DNA of 64,000 nucleotides from Nanobdellota archaeon (lineage in GTDB: Archaea > Nanobdellota > Nanobdellia > Parvarchaeales > Parvarchaeaceae). Position 1 is the first letter of the stretch; every line of letters starts with the position of its first letter. The notes beneath the pieces are model-generated. The model worked only from the letters and a program-made list of their open reading frames with translations, was not told where the DNA came from and made no database searches. The DNA is taken from assembly GCA_021811735.1 (NCBI GenBank), contig JAJZNK010000025.1:69400-133399 (forward strand), written 5' to 3'. This document shows positions 42,799 through 52,389 of the stretch, piece by piece. The translations under genes and the position numbers were made by a program.

Positions 42799-44970
42799 TC
42801 AATCATGGCCTAATTTCTTAATGATGCCATCAATGGCTTTGTAATATCTTGATCCACCGGAAGAATCTATTTCTGATTGCATAGACTGAGCAGGTATCAT
42901 TTTATACTTCATGTAAGACGTACCAATTTCTGGGTCCACAGGTACATAAAGCGAGCTTATACCTTTTGTAAACGCTGGTTTATGCAATATATGCAGTTCA
43001 AATTGTGTATGTCTTTGCAGTGCCGGAAGGGTGATTGCAGCTCTCGTTCCCCATTCATCGTCGCGCCTATTAGCTGCGAATTTTATACCGGCCTCATGGC
43101 AGTCACCTGCTATTGCGATATCGACTAAATCATAACCCATACTACTGAGTTCTTTTAGAAGAGCGCTTCTTGCGTCAAAACCTCCCCTATATCCTGCACT
43201 GTGTACTAGATACAGTCCATAATTATCAAGGTAGGGAATTTCGTTCCTCATAAGCATAGGATCCACATTTACTACATTGGGAGTATTCCAGCTCTGGAAT
43301 TTGGATGAAACCAAATAGCCTTCACTTCCGTTCCCAGTAGCTTTCTCAGCATGGTTTCCTCCGACAGAGTATACTCCAGAAACCAGTGGTGCAATCGGCT
43401 TTAAATAAGTATCAAGTCTTGATTCCTGTCTGAAAATATCAGAATCGGATCCTTTATATAAAAGGTCACCAATAATACGATAAAATTCTTCTTTTAGATT
43501 GTTCTTCGCATTTGATTGATATTGTGAATCAGCTTTTAAAATGTCTTCTAGCTTTTCTATCAACTTTTCAGGGGCATCATATCTGGTCAGTGACATCTTA
43601 GTACGCTGGAGCTTATCGTTGCCCCCATCAATCATATCTCCATTAGAAGTCAATTTTTTTTGCTGAAAAGGAGTTTCGCTGCGTTTTATAATTTTAGGTA
43701 TAACTTCCATATGTTCATACATAGCGTCCGGACTTCCAACATGCCAGTCAGAAATACCAAATATCTCATACATAGATCCTTTGCTTATGTTTTTCTCAAG
43801 TTTGGCTATATCAGTGCCCTTTTTTAGGGCAGTATAATCTACGTGTTCTATTTCAGCACTTCCATCCTCATTTATAGAAAAGAACGACACGGAACTGTCC
43901 TCCTGTTTATTCATCCTTTTTGAAACGCTGGTCTTGTTAAAGCTGCTTCTAAGTCTAAGTTGTTTATCCATATCCAGAAGTGGTCCTTGATTCATTATCC
44001 ATACCGGGTCTTTCCTGCCTTGTTTATCAATAGCCGTAAATTCCGTTGTCGATCCACGTCCTGTTATGTATATATCTCCAAGTCGTTGATCAGTATTTAC
44101 ATAGTCTATTATTAGGTTCAGGTTTCGATCGCTTGGCATCCCCTCATTGAAGCCCACAGTAAGTCCGTTGATAGCGTGGAAAACCTTAAGTTTGAATCCA
44201 TTTATGGTTATATCCTCAGTCTTATCATTATTGTCATTACCAACATAGTTTTCGAATCTTTTGTATATTTTAACATTCGTGGATGCTGATCCAGGTTTGT
44301 CTTTGAATATCGTTTCTATGGTATGGTTGTAAATCTCTATTGCTTTATCCTTTATCCCTTGTTTATCTGCACTCTTCCATTTTGACGCCTTGAAAGCATA
44401 GCCATCTGGAATCACCGATAGAATCTTTTCAACCTCATCATCTGGTACATTGTTTTTCTTCCTTTTCTGGTTCTCATATTTCAGATTCGTTTTGTTTAGT
44501 TTCTCTAATACTTCTATTATCATCTTAACGTTCTTGTAATCAGTGTCGCCGTATACATAATAAATTGGTATATTTTTTTTCTTGGCTTGTAGGTAAATGT
44601 TTCGCATTTGTACCTTGGCAAGTCTCGCTGCTTCCACGATGTCATCTACAGAGTCACTTTCGTTTCTTCTCTTGTTAACTTCATCATATACCTCCTTTCC
44701 ATATCTCTCAAGAAGCCGATCTTCCATCAGATCAAGCCTCTCACCGCGCCATCTGCTATATCTATCAGGCACATATGCAAGACCACCGTTTATTATTATA
44801 GCATCTATCTTTTTCTCATCGTTTTTTATCAGGTTTCCAACGTTGTTTAGGACTTCAGGATCGCTCACTTTCGTTGCCAATTCAAGTTCAGACATTAGAA
44901 GAATTCTTAATTTTTGTCCATTGACCATTTTTTGTTCAGACTGCAGAACACTCTCAAGTTTACTTACCAT
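42799..44970 (-). CDS. Large (723 aa) calcineurin-like metallophosphoesterase with a second, degenerate N-terminal phosphoesterase-like half
   Basis: C-terminal half: ISDWHVGS (DxH), NGDMIDGG (GDxxD), VGGNHAEKA (GNHE), LVHSAGY, AGDCHE. N-terminal half has look-alike but mutated motifs (LLMSELELA, IINGGLAYV, YVYGDTDY). Confidence 0.45.
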   Translation of the reverse strand: MVSKLESVLQSEQKMVNGQKLRILLMSELELATKVSDPEVLNNVGNLIKNDEKKIDAIIINGGLAYVPDRYSRWRGERLDLMEDRLLERYGKEVYDEVNKRRNESDSVDDIVEAARLAKVQMRNIYLQAKKKNIPIYYVYGDTDYKNVKMIIEVLEKLNKTNLKYENQKRKKNNVPDDEVEKILSVIPDGYAFKASKWKSADKQGIKDKAIEIYNHTIETIFKDKPGSASTNVKIYKRFENYVGNDNNDKTEDITINGFKLKVFHAINGLTVGFNEGMPSDRNLNLIIDYVNTDQRLGDIYITGRGSTTEFTAIDKQGRKDPVWIMNQGPLLDMDKQLRLRSSFNKTSVSKRMNKQEDSSVSFFSINEDGSAEIEHVDYTALKKGTDIAKLEKNISKGSMYEIFGISDWHVGSPDAMYEHMEVIPKIIKRSETPFQQKKLTSNGDMIDGGNDKLQRTKMSLTRYDAPEKLIEKLEDILKADSQYQSNAKNNLKEEFYRIIGDLLYKGSDSDIFRQESRLDTYLKPIAPLVSGVYSVGGNHAEKATGNGSEGYLVSSKFQSWNTPNVVNVDPMLMRNEIPYLDNYGLYLVHSAGYRGGFDARSALLKELSSMGYDLVDIAIAGDCHEAGIKFAANRRDDEWGTRAAITLPALQRHTQFELHILHKPAFTKGISSLYVPVDPEIGTSYMKYKMIPAQSMQSEIDSSGGSRYYKAIDGIIKKLGHD

Positions 44971-45064
44971 TATCCCCCCCTTAATTATGGTTATGAAACC
45001 TTAATCACATCTATTATTACCCATTTTTACTTTTAAAATAAAACAAAGTATTACTATAGTATTA

Positions 45065-46375
45065 CTATATTTCACTGAAACCAGTGTATTTTCTAAGAAC
45101 CTCTGGTATTATTATTGTCCCGTCAGCTTGCTGGTAAGTATCCATTATCGCGATTATCGTTCTCTGTATCGGCAGTCCAGTCCCATCTAGTGCATTGACA
45201 TAATGTTTATTGCCTTCCTTATCGATATACTTTATATTCAGTCTTCTTGAGATCCAGTCTGTCGTGTTATCAAATGAACCCACCTCTCTGTATTTTTCTT
45301 GTGAATACAAGTAAGCTTCTATATCATACTGCTTTATGTCTCTTACCCCCATATCTCCTGTGGAGCAGTTGACTACTCTATAAGGTATACCAAGTTCCTG
45401 CCATATCTCCTCCATGTTTGCAAGAATCTCTTCGTGGAATTTTTTCGAGTCTTCTGGTTTGCATAGGACTATTTGCTCAGTCTGATTAAACTGATGTAAT
45501 CGGAATATCCCTTTTGTATCTTTTCCATGGGCTCCTGCTTCTTTTCTAAATGCAGGACTTGCTCCTACAAGCTTTATAGGAAGCTCACTTTCATTAAGAA
45601 GGCTATTTGTATATTGTGCTATTAAGGGGTGTTCTGTTGTAGATATAAGAAATCTTTCCTCTTCTCCTTCTTCCTCTACTCCTGTTACTTTATAGAGTGC
45701 ATCCTCGAACGTAGCCATATGGGCTATTCCGCCATAGATATCTCTTTTTATCATAAATGGTGGCATTACTGGAGTGAAACCCTTCGATGCAATTTTTTCT
45801 ATAGAATAGATCTCAAGTGCTAGTTCAAGCTGCACGAGCTTTCCTTTTAGGTAGGAAAAACGGCTTCCAGCGACCTTTGCCGCGCTTTCCATATCTATTA
45901 TTTTTTTCTCTTGCCCTAAGTCTATGTGGTTTTTAGTCTCAAAATTCCTTTTTTCTATACTTCCGTGTTTCCTTATCTCGACATTATCGTTGTCGTCCTT
46001 TCCTTCAGGTGCATCTTGGCTTACTATATTTGGTAGCCATAAGAATAGTTCGTTTGCTTCCTTCTCATATTTTTCTATATTGTCCTCTATGATCTTAATC
46101 TGTTCCATAATATCTCTTACTTTCCTTCTCTGCTCTTCCTTGCTATCCAGTTCGTCTTTATTCTTGGAAAAGTCCTTACTTATCACGTTTCTCTCATGTC
46201 TAAGTGCATCCGATTTTGACCGGTCTTTTTTGATCATCTCATTAAGTTCTATAAGTCTTTTTACAACGTTATCCACTGGTTGTTTAAGATACCTTTTTTT
46301 AATCGACAGCTCTAGGGCTTCCTTATTTTCATTCACATAGTCTAGATTGTATTTCATACATAATCTACCAAGCAA
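45065..46375 (-). CDS. serS: Seryl-tRNA synthetase
   Basis: N-terminal coiled-coil arm; class II motifs FRKEAGAHGKDTKGIFRLHQFNQTEQ and GTGLPIQRTIIAIMD; 436 aa. Confidence 0.85.
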   Translation of the reverse strand: MLGRLCMKYNLDYVNENKEALELSIKKRYLKQPVDNVVKRLIELNEMIKKDRSKSDALRHERNVISKDFSKNKDELDSKEEQRRKVRDIMEQIKIIEDNIEKYEKEANELFLWLPNIVSQDAPEGKDDNDNVEIRKHGSIEKRNFETKNHIDLGQEKKIIDMESAAKVAGSRFSYLKGKLVQLELALEIYSIEKIASKGFTPVMPPFMIKRDIYGGIAHMATFEDALYKVTGVEEEGEEERFLISTTEHPLIAQYTNSLLNESELPIKLVGASPAFRKEAGAHGKDTKGIFRLHQFNQTEQIVLCKPEDSKKFHEEILANMEEIWQELGIPYRVVNCSTGDMGVRDIKQYDIEAYLYSQEKYREVGSFDNTTDWISRRLNIKYIDKEGNKHYVNALDGTGLPIQRTIIAIMDTYQQADGTIIIPEVLRKYTGFSEI

Positions 46376-46437
46376 ACGAATAAAAAGCTTTTTTATAGAG
46401 TGAGTTTTTAATATTTATAATATAAATTTAGAAAAGA

Positions 46438-46510
46438 GGGCCCGTGGTCTAGTGGTTATGACGTCTGCTTGACGTGCAGAAGGTCAAGGGTTCGAACCCC
46501 TTCGGGCCCA
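46438..46510 (+). tRNA. tRNA-Val (anticodon GAC)
   Basis: Acceptor GGGCCCG/CGGGCCC, anticodon stem TCTGC/GCAGA with loop TTGACGT, T-arm AAGGG-TTCGAAC-CCCTT. Confidence 0.8.
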
Positions 46511-46600
46511 ATTTATTGGTATTATATAAACATAGTGGGTTATCATAAATTCAGCACAATAACGTTCCGTTTAACTCTAGATTTTTGCGTCCGCTGAGAT

Positions 46601-47101
46601 TTATATCCTTTTTTTAAGTTCTTCACAGCTTTTGATCATGTTTTTATAGTTATAGCCAAATTCCGCGGCGAATGATTCGAGTTGAAAAGGGGAAAGAAGC
46701 TCATACTGGTTTTCAGCAAGACTTGAATAGATGCAGTTTATGCTGTAATCATTGCATAGTTTGCCGTTAATTAATAGGTTCTTGTAAATACTGAAGATAT
46801 TCTCTTTTTTAATGAGTGATGAAAAAGAGAAAACGACAAACATATTATTTTCCTTGAGTTTGCTGCACAATCCCTTATTTAATAAAAAGCCCTCGTTTTC
46901 CAGTCCGTATATGATGTCTGCCTTCCCTTTTCTTATGACAAAATCGTAATTCTTTCCGGAATAAGCCTTCAAGCCGGTTTCGCCACCAGAAAAAACATCG
47001 ATGACTACCTCATTCTTCAACGAAATAGCCGTTTCAAATCCCAATTCTCCGAGATTTTTTTTCATCTCGTCCGAGTATTCTTTTATAACATCCATCTTCA
47101 T
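46601..47101 (-). CDS. Hypothetical protein, possibly an RNase P protein subunit Rpp30-like (weak)
   Basis: 166 aa; weak resemblance to the Rpp30 C-terminal region (...VFSFSSLIK...NLLINGKL...S.A...ELLSPFQLESFAAEFG). Confidence 0.25.
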   Translation of the reverse strand: MKMDVIKEYSDEMKKNLGELGFETAISLKNEVVIDVFSGGETGLKAYSGKNYDFVIRKGKADIIYGLENEGFLLNKGLCSKLKENNMFVVFSFSSLIKKENIFSIYKNLLINGKLCNDYSINCIYSSLAENQYELLSPFQLESFAAEFGYNYKNMIKSCEELKKRI

Positions 47102-47165
47102 AAATTATAGTTAATTCCGATGTAAATAAAACTTTATATATAAGGAAATAGAAAGCTATAAGAAT

Positions 47166-47354
47166 ATGGCAGAGAGATCTAATCCAGTAGCTGATAGAAG
47201 ATTGTTCTACAATGTTTACGTATGCAGAAACTGCAATGCAAAAATACGTGTTTCTAGTCAGAAGGTTCTTAGAAACAATAAGGTGAGATGCAGGAACTGC
47301 GGATCCTCAGCATTGAGGCCAAAGCACAAAGAGTTAAGAAAGTTAAAGGTGTAA
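47166..47354 (+). CDS. rpl40e: 50S ribosomal protein L40e
   Basis: 62 aa; CRNCNAKIRVSSQ...CRNCGSSALRPKHKELRK follows the L40e C4 zinc-ribbon pattern. Confidence 0.65.
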   Translation: MAERSNPVADRRLFYNVYVCRNCNAKIRVSSQKVLRNNKVRCRNCGSSALRPKHKELRKLKV

Positions 47355-47361
47355 ATATAAA

Positions 47362-48615
47362 ATGTCTGTTGTAAGCATGTTGTTAGCCAACGGTGATAAC
47401 CTATTATTAACGATAATAGTGCTCGTGTTTTTCGGGCTTTTCGTGGTCATTAAACGAAAAAGGTTTGACGTAGATGGCAAAGTGGTCTTTCTTTACAAAA
47501 CTAAGATAGGTTTGAAGTTGATGAAGAGACTGGCGAAATTCAAAAGACTTATCAATATATACTCTACGGCGGGTGTTTTCGTTTGTATTCTAGGGATAGG
47601 CTTTGCTCTGTACTTGTTTCTGCCTTATTTATATCTCATGATTACTCATCCGACGACTACCTTCCCAGCCGTGGCTCCACTATTTCCGATTTCAATATCC
47701 TTACATGGTATACCTATCTTAGTGGGAGTACCAATATTATACATACTTCTATCGATAATCGTTTTGGCTACATTACATGAGGCCTCTCATGGTGTAGTGG
47801 CCCTATCAAAAAACATAAAGGTCAAATCCACTGGGTTCGGCTTTCTTTTTGGAGTTCTTCCGCTTGCATTTGTAGAGCCAGACGAGAAACAGATACTCAA
47901 GGCGAAGAGGATAGATCGCTTAAGAATATTCTCCGCAGGGGCATTTACAAATGTGGTTCTCGGTTTTCTGTTTTTAGGAGCATATATCGCTCTTTCACAT
48001 TTTATAGTTTCATCTGGCATGGTATCTTATTCCCCATATTATCTGGATGTTTCTGCAGTTATCAACAACAGTCCTGCAAGCACCGTGGGATTGCCTGCCA
48101 ACTCCACGGTTTCAGAAATAAATGGCCACGAATTTTACAGTCAGTCACAGGCGCTGTCGTATCTGAACGTTAAACCTGGAGAGTATGTCAATTTCACCCT
48201 TGTCAACGGTTCCATCTATTCAATGAAAACAACATATAATTCTTCTATAAATAACACGAATCACAGTTACATAGGTGTAAGTGGATTTTTAGCGCTAGCA
48301 AGGCCACCATCTTTTTTGATAGAACCAGTATCAATCACAGCTTATCCAAACAGTTCATTTTCGTCACAGTCCATTTACTGGGTAGATGGGCTTTTCCTAT
48401 GGATGTGGATAATATCGTTTAGTCTTGCCATCGTCAATATACTACCACTTTCTTATTTAGTGGATGGGGGTAAAATCTTCTTTGACGCCATCGGGTACGT
48501 AGTAAAAAGTGAGAAAAAGGCCCTTATGATATTAAATACTGTGGCATTCCTGTTCATACTTCTACTAGTTCTTCTAAGTCCGATAGGCTCGGTAATATTT
48601 GCTTCATTGAAGTAG
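47362..48615 (+). CDS. Site-2 protease (M50 family) with a PDZ domain
   Basis: HExxH in a TM helix (LHEASHGVVAL), PDZ-like SPASTVGLPANSTVSEINGHEF, LDG-type motif LSYLVDGGKIF. Confidence 0.65.
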   Translation: MSVVSMLLANGDNLLLTIIVLVFFGLFVVIKRKRFDVDGKVVFLYKTKIGLKLMKRLAKFKRLINIYSTAGVFVCILGIGFALYLFLPYLYLMITHPTTTFPAVAPLFPISISLHGIPILVGVPILYILLSIIVLATLHEASHGVVALSKNIKVKSTGFGFLFGVLPLAFVEPDEKQILKAKRIDRLRIFSAGAFTNVVLGFLFLGAYIALSHFIVSSGMVSYSPYYLDVSAVINNSPASTVGLPANSTVSEINGHEFYSQSQALSYLNVKPGEYVNFTLVNGSIYSMKTTYNSSINNTNHSYIGVSGFLALARPPSFLIEPVSITAYPNSSFSSQSIYWVDGLFLWMWIISFSLAIVNILPLSYLVDGGKIFFDAIGYVVKSEKKALMILNTVAFLFILLLVLLSPIGSVIFASLK

Positions 48616-48657
48616 AGGAGTGGAAAGGGTTAAATTCAATGTTTACTTAAGATAAAA

Positions 48658-49317
48658 ATGGCATCAAAGAAAACCCGGAAGATTATCAAAAAAAGTAAGA
48701 TTAGCAAGAAGAGCGTAAAAAAAAGCGTTAAGCCAAAGAATAAACACCAAAAGATAGTAAAAGTAAAAAAACTACAGGTGGATTCGAAAAAGCTATTGCG
48801 CCTTGATGAAGCAAGAAAATACGTGATAGATGTATCCGGGGAAAAAGGTTTAGAAGTATTTCAATTTCTGATATCGCGTGGCGAAATGGAAGAGAATCTC
48901 CTTGCTAGGAAATTAAAATTTGAAAAGGCGAATGCCATAAGAAAATTCCTTTATAGGTTGTATAATAAGAACTTGGTTTCTTATAGAAAGGTAAGGAAAA
49001 ATAACAAGGCATGGTATACTTATTTCTGGAGCGCAAATCCGGAAAAACTCGCCTTAATAATAAGTCAGATATACGAAGAGGAGATAAAACAGACAAAAAA
49101 GTCGATGGAACTGAATAAGGCTGAGGATTTCTATGTTTGTGATATATGTAATAGGAGATACGAAGTAAATGAGGCCCTGCAAAACGATTTTAGGTGCAAA
49201 AACGATGGCGGAATATTGAATCACGTCGAACCAGAAAAGATACTCGAAGATAAGCAGAGTAGAATAGACTTTTTGAACAAGAAACTTGAAAACGTAGCAA
49301 AGTTAATAAAAAAGTGA
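48658..49317 (+). CDS. tfe: Transcription factor E (TFE, TFIIE-alpha homologue) with a ~40-aa Lys-rich N-terminal extension
   Basis: Winged helix (LEVFQFLISRGEMEENLLARKLKFEKANAIRKFLYRLYNKNLVSYRKV) + Zn ribbon (YVCDICNRRY...FRCKNDGG). The N-terminus MASKKTRKIIKKSKISKKSVKKSVKPKNKHQKIVKVKK is unusual. Confidence 0.7.
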   Translation: MASKKTRKIIKKSKISKKSVKKSVKPKNKHQKIVKVKKLQVDSKKLLRLDEARKYVIDVSGEKGLEVFQFLISRGEMEENLLARKLKFEKANAIRKFLYRLYNKNLVSYRKVRKNNKAWYTYFWSANPEKLALIISQIYEEEIKQTKKSMELNKAEDFYVCDICNRRYEVNEALQNDFRCKNDGGILNHVEPEKILEDKQSRIDFLNKKLENVAKLIKK

Positions 49318-49608
49318 CTACTTAACTGTCTGAAGTCCGCAATTATAATTTAGGTTTATTTCATTTGCATTCGAACACGTTATAGCGGATTGAGAGGACA
49401 CGACAGCACATGAATACCCAAAACTTGCATTTTCATTTATGCAGGTGTTACTGGTAAAAGTGGAGTTCGTTATTATATGATGACAGTCAAGTTCGCAGAT
49501 CCCTATAGCAACCTGTCTATGGTTCTCATATGGGTTAGTGTAGAAAAGTGCCGCACCTATAATTAGTGCAACAATCACTAGCAAAACAGCGTAATAACTC
49601 TTATCCAT
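49318..49608 (-). CDS. Small Cys-rich membrane-anchored/secreted protein
   Basis: Start taken at internal MDKSYYAVLLVIVALIIGAALFY (TM/signal). 8 Cys in 97 aa. The longer 185-aa ORF would overlap the convergent Nudix-like gene. Confidence 0.35.
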   Translation of the reverse strand: MDKSYYAVLLVIVALIIGAALFYTNPYENHRQVAIGICELDCHHIITNSTFTSNTCINENASFGYSCAVVSSQSAITCSNANEINLNYNCGLQTVK

Positions 49609-49672
49609 ACGATAAATATACTGTCGATGTTTATATAAAAAGTGTTTAAAACTATGAGTTACATTAATCTTT

Positions 49673-50077
49673 ATGCCTAAAAGAGTATCAGCACTGGTTA
49701 TACGGGATAACAAGGTGTTAATGGTGAAACTTAAAGAGCAAGACAGGTATATGCCGAGAGCATCTTGGGTTTTTCCATTTCTTGAATTAGGTGAGGAGAA
49801 CAGTCCAAGGAGAGAGATACTGTCTCTCATGCAGAAACTATCAGTTGAGGTCAGGTTAATCGGAAAGGTTTTCAACTACTATCCGAGCGAAAACCCTAAA
49901 CTGCATTATTTTTTATACGTTATGGACTACGTAAACGGGGAACCAGAAGTCCTGTCATTTTTCCAGAGTTACAAATGGGTACAGATTTCGGATATAACCT
50001 CCTACTCTACGTCGTTCATGGACAACAATGTATCAAAATTTCTGGAAGAAAGGGCAAGGCAGTACAGTACAAATTAA
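49673..50077 (+). CDS. Nudix-like hydrolase (degenerate Nudix box)
   Basis: ALVIRDNKVLMVKLKE...WVFPFLELGEENSPRREILSLMQKLSVE; GX5EX7REUXEEXGU is only partly conserved. Confidence 0.35.
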   Translation: MPKRVSALVIRDNKVLMVKLKEQDRYMPRASWVFPFLELGEENSPRREILSLMQKLSVEVRLIGKVFNYYPSENPKLHYFLYVMDYVNGEPEVLSFFQSYKWVQISDITSYSTSFMDNNVSKFLEERARQYSTN

Positions 50078-50745
50078 ACGTACATATTCTGTTCTTCTTT
50101 CTTAGGTGGCTGACTTATTCTCTTTAACATGCTGTTTATTTGATTTAGAGTTTTTTTGTATTCTGATACAAGCTCAGAGGTGTCTACCTTTGTATCTATG
50201 AAGCTTTCTAGCACGGATATCAGCGCTGCAGCAGCAAGTCCATCAGGTATGTTAGCATGCGTTTCCGCCATCAATACAATAAAGGGTATTTTCATCTTTC
50301 TGCAAGTATGTGCAATAAAAGAGTTAAATCCCATCATAGCACCTTCCGGTAGTTTCTTGCAATTTCTAACCTCCTTTTCAGCATATGTACTCGCGAAATA
50401 AACGTCGCTTTTATCCTTCGACTCGTCGATAGCCAACCCATCAAGCGCTATTATCTGATCTGCCTTTTTCTCTTTATACAGCTCAAGTACTTTATTCGAC
50501 AATTCATTTACCGAGTTAATAGGCAAAGGTATCTGAGAAGTGATTATTGTGAAATTTTTTCCGTCAAGAACTCTTATTGGAGAAAGCATTTCTCCATCTT
50601 TTACGACTGAAAACTGCGAAAGCTCATCTATATCAATTCCTCCAACGTCCTTTACTACTCCCTTCTCTTCAAGAAATTTCGCGGCTAGAATTGATATATA
50701 TCCTGCAGTCTGAAATGCGGTTATCAGTTTGTTTTTTCCTGCCAT
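50074..50745 (-). CDS. PAC2-family proteasome assembly chaperone (COG1938)
   Basis: 223 aa; ...PEGAMMGFNSFIAHTCRKMKIPFIVLMAETHANIPDGLAAAALI matches the PAC2 core. Confidence 0.5.
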   Translation of the reverse strand: MAGKNKLITAFQTAGYISILAAKFLEEKGVVKDVGGIDIDELSQFSVVKDGEMLSPIRVLDGKNFTIITSQIPLPINSVNELSNKVLELYKEKKADQIIALDGLAIDESKDKSDVYFASTYAEKEVRNCKKLPEGAMMGFNSFIAHTCRKMKIPFIVLMAETHANIPDGLAAAALISVLESFIDTKVDTSELVSEYKKTLNQINSMLKRISQPPKKEEQNMYV

Positions 50746-50791
50746 TATTATCTTAAGACATCCTTGTTTAAATAAATGTTGTAAATCTTTT

Positions 50792-51616
50792 TTAAAGACC
50801 TACTACTCCAAGTACGGGGATATACCCTAGGTATATCAAAACTGTAATCGCAACAGGAATGATGAAAAACACTGCCCAATATATTTTGTTCCACATCCAT
50901 ACTTTATATCCATCTAAACCTATGAAGGATATTGAGCCTATCGGAAGCATATTGAAAGCGGCTAGATAAAAACTTATGAAAGTTCCCAAACCTGTTACAG
51001 TGTATCCAAATGCCGTAAGCAGGCTTATCGAAGACGTTCCTACTAGGTTATATATTAGAAAGAATAGTCCTAGAAATACAAATCCAGCGACTATATCTAT
51101 AAGCGGGCCAGCAAGAGATATCTTACCATACCTCTCTGTAAAGCCTTTAGGGTCTGTGTAAGGTTCCCTTGGATCCGGTTCAAATATAGTAGCACCAGGA
51201 AGCGCAAACACGAGTCCTACTAAGAGTGCCATGACTACTGCGAGCACTAGGAAAAATGGAAACATCCTAAATTGTGCTTCATATCCATAGCTTTGTGCTA
51301 TAAACTTGTGCATAAGTTCGTGCAGTATAAATGCGGCACCAAGCACTATGAAGGCTGCAAAAAAATAAAGCAAAAATCCACGGTTTTCAATAGGATAAAG
51401 CACTATTGCAAATGCAAAGCTAAGGGCAACCCATGCTATAAGTATATCTTCAATCTCTTTCATGGAGAACCTAGCAGCGAAGTTTCTGAATCTTTTTTTG
51501 TTTCCGGTTTCAAATCCAAGGTTGGATTTAAATGGTATAAATTCCCATGGTTTTTTCTTCCTGTATATTCTGACAGATGGATTTCCTCTCTTGACTATCT
51601 TCACATCTTTTTGCAT
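50792..51616 (-). CDS. Membrane zinc metalloprotease, M50/S2P-like
   Basis: HELMHKF in a TM helix; downstream FIGLDGYKV (LDG motif); 274 aa polytopic. Confidence 0.55.
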   Translation of the reverse strand: MQKDVKIVKRGNPSVRIYRKKKPWEFIPFKSNLGFETGNKKRFRNFAARFSMKEIEDILIAWVALSFAFAIVLYPIENRGFLLYFFAAFIVLGAAFILHELMHKFIAQSYGYEAQFRMFPFFLVLAVVMALLVGLVFALPGATIFEPDPREPYTDPKGFTERYGKISLAGPLIDIVAGFVFLGLFFLIYNLVGTSSISLLTAFGYTVTGLGTFISFYLAAFNMLPIGSISFIGLDGYKVWMWNKIYWAVFFIIPVAITVLIYLGYIPVLGVVGL

Positions 51617-52389
51617 ATTCCTAATTCCAGCATCTCATCATATATATCTTCTAGTTCAGCTATTTCCAGGTAAAAAACCTTCTCTTTCAGAAGTTCTTTT
51701 TTCTTGTAAGCTACCAATCTCTCCCGAAGTTGGTCCTTAGAAAGGTTTAATGCGCTTCTGCTATCAATAAGTGCAGAATACATGTTCTTTTTCTTGTGCT
51801 GGAACAACAGTCTGGTAAATTTCAAAAAGCCCTCATCTACTATTATTTTTTTGGGAGTAAGTCGGATTATGATTGATTCTACCGCTGGTTTTGGCCTAAA
51901 AGAATTCTTGCTTACCTTCGAGATAAATTCCACTTTGGAGGTGTATTGTGTGAAAACAGAAATCATGGAATAGTCTCTTATACCTGGAAATGCAAGCATT
52001 CGTTCTCCAAATTCAAGTTGGTACATCAAAACGGCAAGACTATCCGGTCTTTTATTTAGAAAATATACTATCTTTTCTGTTATAGGAGAAGAAATTGCGT
52101 AAGGTAGGTTAGATATTATTTTATTTGCTTCTTTTGGGAATTCTATTTTTAATGCGTCTGCATTTATGAATTCTATATTTTTTAAGTCTATTAATGTCCT
52201 AGAAGAATCAAAGAGATTTGTATCAAGTTCAATAGCATAAACTTTTTTAACAAGTGGAGCTATTCGCTTTGTAAGTCTTCCGTCTCCGCTGCCTATCTCT
52301 ATCACTACATCGTCTTTTTCTAGTTCAGATGCATCGATTATTTTATTGAAGACATTTTCATCTTTTAGGAAAACTTTAGTATTGTTCAT
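51601..52389 (-). CDS. rsmA: 16S rRNA (adenine1518/1519-N6)-dimethyltransferase KsgA/Dim1
   Basis: SAM motif VIEIGSGDGRLT; ISNLPYAISSPI. Confidence 0.8.
   Translation of the reverse strand: MNNTKVFLKDENVFNKIIDASELEKDDVVIEIGSGDGRLTKRIAPLVKKVYAIELDTNLFDSSRTLIDLKNIEFINADALKIEFPKEANKIISNLPYAISSPITEKIVYFLNKRPDSLAVLMYQLEFGERMLAFPGIRDYSMISVFTQYTSKVEFISKVSKNSFRPKPAVESIIIRLTPKKIIVDEGFLKFTRLLFQHKKKNMYSALIDSRSALNLSKDQLRERLVAYKKKELLKEKVFYLEIAELEDIYDEMLELGICKKM

Noticed and set aside
44597-46340. Plus-strand ORFs of 80-138 aa antisense to the phosphoesterase and serS
   Set aside because: Ser/Leu/Phe-rich antisense artefacts.
49609-49875. N-terminal 89 codons of the 185-aa minus-strand ORF 49318-49875
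   Set aside because: They would overlap the convergent Nudix-like gene. An internal Met at 49608 begins a plausible signal/TM segment, so the shorter gene is preferred.
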